From assembly GCA_963703955.1 (NCBI GenBank), contig CAVPGK010000006.1, positions 64,001-128,000 on the forward strand: a DNA stretch of 64,000 nt, given 5' to 3'. Of this stretch, positions 34,725-43,481 are shown piece after piece. The notes below the pieces were generated by a model. That model was given only the letters and a program-made list of their open reading frames with translations. It had not been told where the DNA came from and ran no database searches. The stretch is from Nitrospirota bacterium. GTDB taxonomy: Bacteria; Nitrospirota; Nitrospiria; Nitrospirales; Nitrospiraceae. Each line of letters starts with the position of its first letter. Positions within the stretch are counted from its first letter, which is position 1. The position numbers and the translations under genes are program-made.

Positions 34725-35492
34725 TTATGGGTGATTCGGCTTCCACCCGAGACTGGCCAAGGTCCCTTCCACGGTTTCCTGGACCATTTCATTCTCATCC
34801 TCCAGCAGGGGCAACAGGAAGTCCACAGCCCGCCGGTCTCCCAAGCGAGCCAAGGACTCAGCCGCATTGCGGCGGACCAGCCAGTCCTCGTCCTTCAGCG
34901 CCTCGATCAGCGGGGCCACTCCGCGAGCGTCCCCGATCTTGCCCAAGGCTTCAGCGGCATGCCGGCGCACCATCCAGTTATTCCCCAAGAGCCCGTCGAT
35001 CAGGGCCTCCACCGCCCGGACGTCACCGATTTTTTTCAAGACACGCGCCGCGTCCTCTCGGACCGTGCCGTCGGTCAGCGCGTCCACCAGGCCGGGAACC
35101 GCCCGTGGATCACCGAGACGTTCCAGCGCCCAAACAGCCGACGACCGGACCGCGCCGTCTTTATCTTTTAACGCCCGCACCAGCGGTTCCACGGCGCGAG
35201 GATCTTTCAGCTTGCCGAGCGCCGAAGCCGCCTGCTCCCGGACGGCCCATTCGTCATCTCGCAACGCTTCGATCAACTCATCCACCACGACTGGTCCCAT
35301 CCGCACAATGGCGCTCGTCGCCGCTTCGCGAATCACCATGTCTTCATCGGCCAGCAGCGTTATCAGTCGCGGGAGCGCTTCCTTTCCCATCTGCCCCAAG
35401 CTCGCCGCGGCGTGATCTCGCAGGGCTTCGTTCTCATCCCGCAACGCGCCGAGCAATTGACTGACTCGATCCGGCTGCTCCATGTCACTCAT
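34725..35492 (-). CDS. HEAT/PBS-lyase repeat protein
   Basis: About 7 VR..AA.ALG.L.D.RAV.PL..AL.D repeats; start overlaps the upstream stop. Confidence 0.92.
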   Translation of the reverse strand: MSDMEQPDRVSQLLGALRDENEALRDHAAASLGQMGKEALPRLITLLADEDMVIREAATSAIVRMGPVVVDELIEALRDDEWAVREQAASALGKLKDPRAVEPLVRALKDKDGAVRSSAVWALERLGDPRAVPGLVDALTDGTVREDAARVLKKIGDVRAVEALIDGLLGNNWMVRRHAAEALGKIGDARGVAPLIEALKDEDWLVRRNAAESLARLGDRRAVDFLLPLLEDENEMVQETVEGTLASLGWKPNHP

Positions 35493-36588
35493 GCCCATCC
35501 TCTTCCTTTCCGGCAGCCGCACCGGATTGAGCGGCCATGGCGCTCAGCTTGTCCACAATCATGCCCGCATTATACGACACCAGCCCATCCCGGTCCGTCT
35601 TCAGCCGCTCGAATAGGTCCGCATAAGGTCTGAGCTTTTCAGTGTCCTTCACTTTGGCCAGCGCCTCAACCGCAAAAATTCGGAGCGGACGAATGGGGAT
35701 GAGCTCCACCAAGAGGTCGACCGGCCTTGCATCGCCGATCAGACCCAAGGCCTTCGCAGCCAACTCCTTGACGCCCGTGTCTTTATCCACTCGGAGCCGC
35801 TCGATGAGCGGCTCGACCGCCCGAATATCGCCGATCTTGCCCAAGAGATCAGCCGCCGCTTCGCGTACCACCCAGTCATCGTCCCTCAAGTATTCAATCA
35901 GGATCTCCACACTCGGACGCCCGATCCCCAGGAGGCCGATCACCGTGGACATGCGCGCATCCTCGCGGAGGTTGGACTCGTCGACATTGCGTAGCGCATC
36001 AAAGGCCTGATCGATCCTCTCCCGAACAGCGTGGAGCTTTTTCAGGGTGCGGACGGCCACGGTTTGGACCACGGGATCGGCGATCGCTTCAACCAGAGCG
36101 TCCGCGGAACGAGGGTCGAGCAAGTGCTCCAGAATCGTCGCGGCCGTCATGCGCGCGTCTTCATCGGCATGCTTGAGCATAGCGGTCAACGGTTGGATGG
36201 AATTGGGGATCACCCCGAGCAATCCGATGACGGTCTGTTTCTGATCGTCCTCCTTGAATTCATGGAGATCCTGCACCAACGCCGTGGCGGCCGCCGTATC
36301 GAGGATTCCGGCCATTTGCTCCAAGGCAATCGCCCCTGCCTTTCTGACCGCAGGATCCTCGTGGCTCAGCAAACGCACCAGGGGAACTCCGCCGCGTGGG
36401 TCCTTGATGCGCGCCAACATCCCGGCCGCCTCCATCTTTAATGCTGCGTCCCCGGTCTCGAGCGCATGAATCAGCCCGTCCACGGCTTTCGGGCCACCGG
36501 CCAAACAGGCGGCGGTCGCCCGCATCCGACGCCAATCCTCTTCGTGCGTCAGTTCCGAGATCAGGGTGTCAAGCGACTCTTTCGGCAT
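35485..36588 (-). CDS. HEAT/PBS-lyase repeat protein
   Basis: VVREAAADLLGKIGDIRAVEPL-type repeats; SD ggag. Confidence 0.92.
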   Translation of the reverse strand: MPKESLDTLISELTHEEDWRRMRATAACLAGGPKAVDGLIHALETGDAALKMEAAGMLARIKDPRGGVPLVRLLSHEDPAVRKAGAIALEQMAGILDTAAATALVQDLHEFKEDDQKQTVIGLLGVIPNSIQPLTAMLKHADEDARMTAATILEHLLDPRSADALVEAIADPVVQTVAVRTLKKLHAVRERIDQAFDALRNVDESNLREDARMSTVIGLLGIGRPSVEILIEYLRDDDWVVREAAADLLGKIGDIRAVEPLIERLRVDKDTGVKELAAKALGLIGDARPVDLLVELIPIRPLRIFAVEALAKVKDTEKLRPYADLFERLKTDRDGLVSYNAGMIVDKLSAMAAQSGAAAGKEEDGHE

Positions 36589-36680
36589 CGTCGCTCCGGT
36601 CATCGTCGACGAGGACGCGGCTCGTGATTCACCATCGTGGTCGAACGTCCTGCCTGCGCATCTCCTCTTTCAACATCCTG

Positions 36681-37763
36681 TTAGAGACGGTTGGGTCTCC
36701 AACCCAGCCCATGCAAGGCTTCCTTAGCGTAGTACAGGATGTTCTCATCTCGTTCCTTCTTCATAACATCGAGAAGGAACGGAATGGCCGGCTGTCCAAA
36801 CCTGATCAGCGCGCCTGCCGCGTCAGCACGTGTCACCGTGCTCTGGAGAGCGCTGACCAGCGTGGGAATCGCGACCTCATCTTGAAGCTGGGCTAGCGCT
36901 CTCACGGCCTCCGCGATCGTCAGCATTTCCTCGTCCCATCGATCGCCACAGCCGTCGATCGCCCGACTCTGAGCCGGTTTGCTCGTGCCCTTCACCACCG
37001 CGATCAACGCCGCCACCGCGCGGCGATCACCGATCTTTCCCAAGGCTTCCACCGCAACAGGTCGAAGGTCCACATCCGACATGGCCGTCAGCAGAAATTC
37101 GACCGCCCGAGGATCCCCGATATCACCCAAGGAACGCGCCGCATCCGTCCGGACGGCAACGTCCCGATCATTAAACATCAGGCGCAATAGGGGCTCCACC
37201 GCATCAGAGCATTTGATTTTTCCCAACGCTTCCACCGCGTGCAACCGGACCAGCCATTCCTGATGCGTCAAGGCTTCCAGCAAGAAGGGAACCGCGGCAT
37301 GGCCGATCAACGCCAACGCATTCGCGGTGTCGACTCGGACCGCCTTCACCTTATCCTGCAGTAGAGGGATGAGCGGTGTGACTGCCTCGACATGGCCGAT
37401 CCGTCCCAAGGCTTTCGCGGCGTGCATTCTGACAACCCAGTTCGAACTGTTCAACGCCTCAATGAGCGGATCCACCACACGTCTATCCCCGATCGTGGAC
37501 AAGATGGCCGCGGCAGCTTCTTGAACCGTGAGATTGGGATCCCGGAGACACACGCCCACGGCAGGAACGGCCCCCTCTCCAATGGCCCTCAAGGCATCAG
37601 CCGCGGCCGTCCGCACCGCACGGTCAGAGTCTCTGAGCACTCTCACTAACGGCTCCACAGCTCTCTCATCGCGATAGGATCCTAGTAAAGTTGCCGCCTC
37701 CTCGCGGACAGACCAGTCCTCATCCGTTAGTGCCGCAATCTGTTCTCTGACACTATCAGCCAC
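36681..37763 (-). CDS. HEAT/PBS-lyase repeat protein
   Basis: About 10 repeats, e.g. VRMHAAKALGRIG, VRTDAARSLGDIGDPRAV. Confidence 0.92.
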   Translation of the reverse strand: MADSVREQIAALTDEDWSVREEAATLLGSYRDERAVEPLVRVLRDSDRAVRTAAADALRAIGEGAVPAVGVCLRDPNLTVQEAAAAILSTIGDRRVVDPLIEALNSSNWVVRMHAAKALGRIGHVEAVTPLIPLLQDKVKAVRVDTANALALIGHAAVPFLLEALTHQEWLVRLHAVEALGKIKCSDAVEPLLRLMFNDRDVAVRTDAARSLGDIGDPRAVEFLLTAMSDVDLRPVAVEALGKIGDRRAVAALIAVVKGTSKPAQSRAIDGCGDRWDEEMLTIAEAVRALAQLQDEVAIPTLVSALQSTVTRADAAGALIRFGQPAIPFLLDVMKKERDENILYYAKEALHGLGWRPNRL

Positions 37764-37825
37764 GGTTAGGCCATCAATCTATGGAAACGATGGATCCGCG
37801 AAGCCTCTCGGAAACGCAACATTTG

Positions 37826-37855
37826 ACCTTAGCATACGCATTTTTTGACGGTCAA
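37826..37855 (-). promoter_or_regulatory. Putative promoter of the four-gene HEAT operon
   Basis: TTGACC-N18-(TGC)TAAGGT with extended -10. Confidence 0.45.
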
Positions 37856-37906
37856 TAGCGCGAACAAGGTGTGTGCCATCGACCAAGTGCATCGGCCGTC
37901 GTTCGG

Positions 37907-37936
37907 TTGACAGACTCTTCTGCAGACGCTTAGGAT
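37907..37936 (+). promoter_or_regulatory. Putative promoter of the beta-propeller gene
   Basis: TTGACA-N18-TAGGAT. Confidence 0.55.
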
Positions 37937-38007
37937 ATTGCGGTTTCAACTGCTACGTCAAATCCCTGCCCATTCGCACCGCAAGCCGTTGACGCAAGGA
38001 GGATCAG

Positions 38008-39270
38008 ATGAGCACATCGTCGACCATACACGGACGGACCCGGCTCGGCGTGCTGTCTTTAGCTTGGGCCATTACGATAGGAGCCATCGTGGGCCTGCCG
38101 TCCTTCTCCTTCGCCTACGAGGTATGGGCAACGGATCAATCCGACACAGGCAAGGAGAGCGGGGGATTCCTATACGTGTATGACGGGGCCAAATTGGCGG
38201 CGAACCCGACCGGTACGAAACCGACTGTGACCATCGACCTGGCAAACGAGATCAACAAGTTTTGCGAGGAAGCCACTAAGAAAGCGGTGCGACGCCCTCA
38301 CATGCTGTTTTTTACCAAGGACCAGTCACACGTCATCGTGTCGTTTCTCAGCGGTCACGCGCTCTTTATGGATGCCGCCACCAAAAAGCCCGAGGCTTGT
38401 CTGAACATGGGCAAGAATCTTCATGCGGCCTGGCCGACCCCCGATCAGAAGATAGTGCTCGCGGCCAATATGGCCGAGAAGAAGATGATCCGGATCTGGA
38501 CCGATTACGGCGCTCACACATTTGCCTTCGATCCCGAGAAAGATGTCCTGAATGTGGGAGCGCTGGAAAGCGGAGAGCGGCCGGATAACGCGCCGGTCTG
38601 CCCGATCACGGACGACTCCAGCCAGTACGCCTTTATCACCCTTCGGGGGGGCGGGTTATTGGTCGTCGATGTGACAACGACACCGATGAAGGTCGTCGCC
38701 ACATTCAACAATGTCGAGATCCATCCGGCGGGCTGCGGAGGCATTCAGGTCGGAGATACCCTGTATATCAACTCGGGCGGCGGCGCGCCGGTCGCTCCGC
38801 TCTCCTACGATGTTTACGCCCTCGATCTGTCCAACCTGCCGAAGTCGGTCTCAGTCAAGCTGATCACATCGCGCGATGCGAAGTTTGCGGACTCCCATGG
38901 GATGACGGCCGTCGGCCGCTACCTCTGGAGCGCGGACCGGGCGGGGAATAACATCGAAATCATCGACACGCTGACCAACCTCAGCGTGAACTCCATTGAG
39001 CTGGCCGGTTCCATCAGCGATGACCCTACCCCAGACCTCTTGGATGTAGCTCCTGACGGCTCGTACGTCTTTCTGGGGACGCGAGGTCCGAACCCGCTCT
39101 CCGGGAACGTGAAGGACGTGAACAACGCGAAGGGATCGACCCCGGGGGTCGGAGTGATCAAGGTGATTGAGGGCGGCAAAGGAGGTGAGTTCGTTGGAAT
39201 CGCGCGGATCACCAATATGAAGGATGGAAAGGAGACCGCCGACACACACGGACTCGGGGTGAGAAAATAG
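38008..39270 (+). CDS. Secreted YncE-like beta-propeller protein, His-rich
   Basis: Signal peptide (SFA|YEVW); repeated blades (PDQK, PDGSYVF, IEIIDT); SD aaggagg. Confidence 0.8.
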   Translation: MSTSSTIHGRTRLGVLSLAWAITIGAIVGLPSFSFAYEVWATDQSDTGKESGGFLYVYDGAKLAANPTGTKPTVTIDLANEINKFCEEATKKAVRRPHMLFFTKDQSHVIVSFLSGHALFMDAATKKPEACLNMGKNLHAAWPTPDQKIVLAANMAEKKMIRIWTDYGAHTFAFDPEKDVLNVGALESGERPDNAPVCPITDDSSQYAFITLRGGGLLVVDVTTTPMKVVATFNNVEIHPAGCGGIQVGDTLYINSGGGAPVAPLSYDVYALDLSNLPKSVSVKLITSRDAKFADSHGMTAVGRYLWSADRAGNNIEIIDTLTNLSVNSIELAGSISDDPTPDLLDVAPDGSYVFLGTRGPNPLSGNVKDVNNAKGSTPGVGVIKVIEGGKGGEFVGIARITNMKDGKETADTHGLGVRK

Positions 39271-39291
39271 GAGCGGTGGCCCTCAGATTCG

Positions 39292-40656
39292 CTACATGGC
39301 CCCTTTGGCGAGATCCCCTGAGGGGCCAAAGCGCCCGATGTCACCCAACGGCTTATCAACCCGAAGATTGTCCGCCTTGCTGGAGTCGACTTCATCCTCG
39401 TGAGGTGGTTCCCAGCCGAGCTTCTTCAGGGTTTCCATGGCGATCTGCTTCAGCGCGTCCACGGCGGTCAGCCGGCTGGTGGCAAAGGACATGACCCGCT
39501 CCCCTTCCGATTCCACTTCGGAAGCTTTCGGGTCATGCAGGAAGGCGACCAACGGCTCAATCGCCGTGTCGCCGATCAAGACCAAAGACGCCGAAGCCCG
39601 TTCACGCAACACCATGTCCTTGAGCAAAGGAATCAATTCGGGAATGACGCGTGGATCTCGGAAATGTCCCAACGCGGTCGCCGCCGCTTCTTTGATGAAC
39701 GCTTCCTCGCTCACGATGCAACCCGGCGTCGGGGTGCCGTCCTGAGGGATACCTTTGCCCTTCAACGCATCAAGGACCGGCGGAAGCGCGCGCGAATCGC
39801 CGATCATGCCGAGCGACATGATGGCATGCCGCTTCACCGCGCCGTCCTTCATCGCCTCGATCAACGCATCGATGGCCCGAGGATCCCCGATCATGCCGAG
39901 CGCAATGGTGGCGTCTTCCCGTACGGCGCGATCAGGATCCCTTAGCATGTCGATCAATCTATCGACGACCTTGGGATCCCTCACCCACGAGCGGCCGACC
40001 TGGTAGTCGGTTGTCATGCCGCCTAAGGCGCGAACCGCGTGGCAGCGGACTACAAAATCCTTGTCCGTGAGACTGTCCACCAAGAGAGGCACGGACGCCT
40101 CGCCGATCGTAACCAGCGCCGTTCCCGCCGTCTCACGCACCGTCTTCGAGGAGTCCCGGAAGAGTTTGATCAGCGCCGGAATCGCTTTGGGATCGCCGAT
40201 TCTCCCAAGAGCTTCGGCAGCCGTGCTTTTCACGGCCCCGTCTCGATCACGGCACGCCACCATGAGTGGCTCGACCGTCCGGGTGTCCTTGATTTCACCA
40301 CAAGCCTTAGCGGCATGCTCTCGGACCCGCCACCGCTCATCCTTCAAACAATGAATCAGCCGCTCCACAGTCTCGGCGCCGAGGTACGCCATTGCAGCCA
40401 CGGCTTCGTTGCGCACTTCCATAATGGGATCGTTGAACAGCCCGATGAGCCCATCCACAGTCCGAGGGCCGCCGATCTTGGCCGCTCCCCATCCGGCATG
40501 CGCCCGGACGGCCCAGTAGTCGTCGCCGCACGCCTGGAGCAACGCCTCGAGCGTCGTTGGGTCGGCCAGGTCGGCCAACGCCTTGGCGGCCTCCTCCCGA
40601 GTCGCGTCGTCAGCATCTTCGAGAGCCTCGAGTAAATCTTCTACGGCCTGAGCCAT
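39292..40656 (-). CDS. HEAT/PBS-lyase repeat protein
   Basis: About 12 repeats, e.g. VREHAAKACGEIKD, VREDATIALGMIGDPRAI; ATG at 40656 with SD. Confidence 0.92.
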   Translation of the reverse strand: MAQAVEDLLEALEDADDATREEAAKALADLADPTTLEALLQACGDDYWAVRAHAGWGAAKIGGPRTVDGLIGLFNDPIMEVRNEAVAAMAYLGAETVERLIHCLKDERWRVREHAAKACGEIKDTRTVEPLMVACRDRDGAVKSTAAEALGRIGDPKAIPALIKLFRDSSKTVRETAGTALVTIGEASVPLLVDSLTDKDFVVRCHAVRALGGMTTDYQVGRSWVRDPKVVDRLIDMLRDPDRAVREDATIALGMIGDPRAIDALIEAMKDGAVKRHAIMSLGMIGDSRALPPVLDALKGKGIPQDGTPTPGCIVSEEAFIKEAAATALGHFRDPRVIPELIPLLKDMVLRERASASLVLIGDTAIEPLVAFLHDPKASEVESEGERVMSFATSRLTAVDALKQIAMETLKKLGWEPPHEDEVDSSKADNLRVDKPLGDIGRFGPSGDLAKGAM

Positions 40657-40683
40657 GGTATGATCCTCATTCTCCTGCGCCAA

Positions 40684-41154
40684 TTAGTAATCAGGTTGGC
40701 CGCCATACGGCTGCGTTCGACTGCATCTAACCGCAAGACGCTGGGTGCCCCGACCTGACACGCACTGATCCAACGACGGGGCAAAGTCGAGCACTCCATC
40801 CAACGTGACCACGAACGGAAAATCAAAGGTAAAGGTTCCGAAGCGATACGATCCCGGTTTGAGCTTTAAGTCGTAGGGCACCGTTGTCTTGAACGCCTCC
40901 GTACTGTCAGGGTCCATGGTCATGATCATGGTTGTGACACCAGGCACCTGCCACCAGGTCGGTGGGCTCAGCGCGGTAGCATCGATCGTAATAGTGTATT
41001 CCTTGGTATGCAGCGCCGGCGGGGCACCTTCCACCATTGCTGGTGGTCCACTAATAAGCAGGCTCAGGATGACAATCCAAACAGCCCGAAGGAACCCGGT
41101 CGCACACAGCCAAACGTTCTCCGACAGATCACTGTCCCGTTGCGGCGGTTTCAT
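40684..41154 (-). CDS. Exported/membrane-anchored hypothetical beta-rich protein
   Basis: Hydrophobic N-terminal segment; LKPGSYRF; C-terminal Cys pair; overlaps upstream gene. Confidence 0.7.
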   Translation of the reverse strand: MKPPQRDSDLSENVWLCATGFLRAVWIVILSLLISGPPAMVEGAPPALHTKEYTITIDATALSPPTWWQVPGVTTMIMTMDPDSTEAFKTTVPYDLKLKPGSYRFGTFTFDFPFVVTLDGVLDFAPSLDQCVSGRGTQRLAVRCSRTQPYGGQPDY

Positions 41155-42163
41155 TGTGATCGGCTTTCGCCGGACGAGGAGCCCGGAAGATTTCCTCCAC
41201 CGGATAACTGTCCCATTCGGTATGGGTCTCTAACCCTAGCGTCCGGAGGACCGTCGCGCCTGTATCCAAGATGGAGACCGGCTGTTTGATGACATGCCCC
41301 GCCTTGATCCCCGCACCCGAAGCGATCCACGGGACTCGAGGGAGATCGTTGGCTGCCTGCTGACCGTTTCCGCCGGGTTTTCTTTCCCCCATTCCGCTGA
41401 GCGAAGTGACCATCACCGTCGTTCGCCCCAAGAGACCGAGTTCCTTGTAAATGTCCAAAATGGCCCCCACAGCCGTATCGACGGTTCGAAGCGCGTCACG
41501 GTAAGCTTTTGAATTCCATCCTTGCGCGGCTCCGGCGCGGGCCGGTTCCGGGAGATGCACGACTAAGAAATGGGGAAGGGACAAGATCGCATGTCCGTAT
41601 CCGTGACCGCTGGTGGCTTTGCGGAAATAATCTCGGATATACCCCACGACGGTGCCCGTGCTGCACTCCGGTTTCATGGGCCCGCACATTTGATAATCCG
41701 TGTAGGGTTCAGGCTTGGCGAGCTGATACATCGCCTCATCCATGAAGAAAATAGCGCTGTCTTTCCCTCCGCTTAAGTCCAGGTAGTCAAAAAGGGTCGG
41801 GGGCCTCGGATAGCCCCGAATAAAGTCAAATGAGTTCCAGGTGACCCCATGTTTTTCCACTGGCATCCCGGTCAACAGTGACGCCATGGTGGGTAATTGG
41901 AGCGGCGGATTGACGGCGGTAGCGGACCAGGTGACCGATCCGTTCTTCACCAGACGACTGACCACCGACATGGCTCCGGTTTTCAGGGATTCCTGCCCCA
42001 CACCCTCAAAGACGATGAGGATCACATGCTCGGCCCGAATATCACTGGCAGGAAGCACCGTCGGCGGAGTCGTCCTTGCCAGTCCCGCGGCCGTCGGCAT
42101 GATCCCTCCCACCAGACTCGCTATCAAGCCGAAGGTCCACAAACCGCGGATCAAACAGTTCAT
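41129..42163 (-). CDS. Exported alkaline-phosphatase/nucleotide-pyrophosphatase-fold protein lacking catalytic residues
   Basis: HVILIVFEG, P..ASLLTG.P.KHG, VPWIASG.GIK, SILDTGAT. Confidence 0.8.
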   Translation of the reverse strand: MNCLIRGLWTFGLIASLVGGIMPTAAGLARTTPPTVLPASDIRAEHVILIVFEGVGQESLKTGAMSVVSRLVKNGSVTWSATAVNPPLQLPTMASLLTGMPVEKHGVTWNSFDFIRGYPRPPTLFDYLDLSGGKDSAIFFMDEAMYQLAKPEPYTDYQMCGPMKPECSTGTVVGYIRDYFRKATSGHGYGHAILSLPHFLVVHLPEPARAGAAQGWNSKAYRDALRTVDTAVGAILDIYKELGLLGRTTVMVTSLSGMGERKPGGNGQQAANDLPRVPWIASGAGIKAGHVIKQPVSILDTGATVLRTLGLETHTEWDSYPVEEIFRAPRPAKADHNETAATGQ

Positions 42164-42314
42164 ACCTGCCCTTTCGCACTCAGCCGAGTAAGTACCTTAA
42201 CACGCCCATTTTCGGGAAGGCAAGGCTAAGAGATTTCAAGGACGGTTTGGGAAGATTTTAGGGAAGGAAGCAGGAGTGACTCAGGGAACTGCGCGGTGGA
42301 AACACCTTCAGTTA

Positions 42315-43175
42315 TTACGGGTGATGAGGATTCGAGCAATCGCCCTCAATCCATTCGATCAAGACAATCTCCGGAGGACAATTCAAACGGATGGGCAAAA
42401 GAGACCAACCAACTCCACGATTCACGTACATCCTGTGACCGTTCCGGATGTAGTGACCGTCTGACCGCCCCTTGCAGCCATACGGCAACCAGAACGGACG
42501 AATGAACGGAAATCGCCATTGGCCGCCATGACTATGGCCGCAGAGCACCAGGTCAACGGCGTGCTTCGAATCGAGAAGATCCAGCACATTGGGCGCATGG
42601 GCGAGTAATACCGTGAATCGTCCAGGCACCGTCCCAGGAATACAATGAAGATCAGCACGGTGCGTCGACGGGTCGTCGAGTCCGATAATGCCCAGTTCGC
42701 CGGACACCATAGGAACGAAGACGGCCTGATTGATCAGTAGGTGGAGTTTATGCCGATCGGCCAGGTCAATAAAGCGTCCCAGGGGGACACCGCTCGCATG
42801 ATCGTGGTTCCCGAGAGTGAGGTACACGGGGGCCAACGCCCGCAAGCCGGACAGGAACCGAAAGAGGTGAGGAAGCCCTCGAGGCACATTGAGCAGGTCA
42901 CCGGTGACGAAAATCCAGTCCGGTCGCAATTCTGCGATGGCGTGACGGATCGCGTCATGACGAGGCTTATGCTCGTCGAGGTGGAGATCGCTAATCTGCA
43001 CGGCGCGGCGGCCAGCCAATGGTGAATGGCAACACTCAATCCGTGTCACACTTGGGGAATCAAGACCCGACTCACAGAAAGAAAAACGATTGAAGAAATG
43101 AGAGGAAAGGTTTTCCAGCTGATAGGTAGTCTGTACGTAAACCCGCCTTCCCCAACGAAACATCTGTTTGGACAT
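42315..43175 (-). CDS. Metallophosphoesterase (YkuE/YaeI-like)
   Basis: SDLH, TGDL, GNHD, AH.P, GHSHGGQ, RLNCPPEI. Confidence 0.92.
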   Translation of the reverse strand: MSKQMFRWGRRVYVQTTYQLENLSSHFFNRFSFCESGLDSPSVTRIECCHSPLAGRRAVQISDLHLDEHKPRHDAIRHAIAELRPDWIFVTGDLLNVPRGLPHLFRFLSGLRALAPVYLTLGNHDHASGVPLGRFIDLADRHKLHLLINQAVFVPMVSGELGIIGLDDPSTHRADLHCIPGTVPGRFTVLLAHAPNVLDLLDSKHAVDLVLCGHSHGGQWRFPFIRPFWLPYGCKGRSDGHYIRNGHRMYVNRGVGWSLLPIRLNCPPEIVLIEWIEGDCSNPHHP

Positions 43176-43191
43176 AGCGATTGACTCTGCG

Positions 43192-43320
43192 CTAGCGCCT
43201 GTTTCTTTCACTCCACCGGACAGGGCTCATGAAAGAAGAGAGGCCCGCCGCCAAGCAGATGAACGCGAAGAGGGTCACGCACATGAGGAGAAAGAGCCAC
43301 CCCCGAATCTCCAGGTTCAT
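43192..43320 (-). CDS. Small single-pass membrane protein (42 aa), below the ORF-track cutoff
   Basis: SD gaggtgg, then MNLEIRGWLFLLMCVTLFAFICLAAGLSSFMSPVRWSERNRR*; stop ~16 nt before the metallophosphoesterase start. Confidence 0.6.
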   Translation of the reverse strand: MNLEIRGWLFLLMCVTLFAFICLAAGLSSFMSPVRWSERNRR

Positions 43321-43481
43321 ACACCACCTCGGCCACAGAAGGGAACTGAAGAGGTCCTAGACTAGAGTCTGTCCAGAGAATATGCAATAGCCCGAAAGCA
43401 GGAGAAGGTTCTCAAAAGTCGAACCGTCTTTAAGTATAGCACCCATTGCGGAGCCCTCGTCTTTCAGGTAAAGATTCCGCC

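Noticed and set aside
37845..37855. TTGAC-G-GTCAA as an FNR/CRP box
   Set aside because: Spacing is 1 nt rather than 4; it is explained by the -35 element
33999..40656. HEAT proteins as deoxyhypusine hydroxylase or true phycobilin lyases
   Set aside because: The repeated His-Glu di-iron motifs of DOHH are absent, and no phycobiliprotein genes are present
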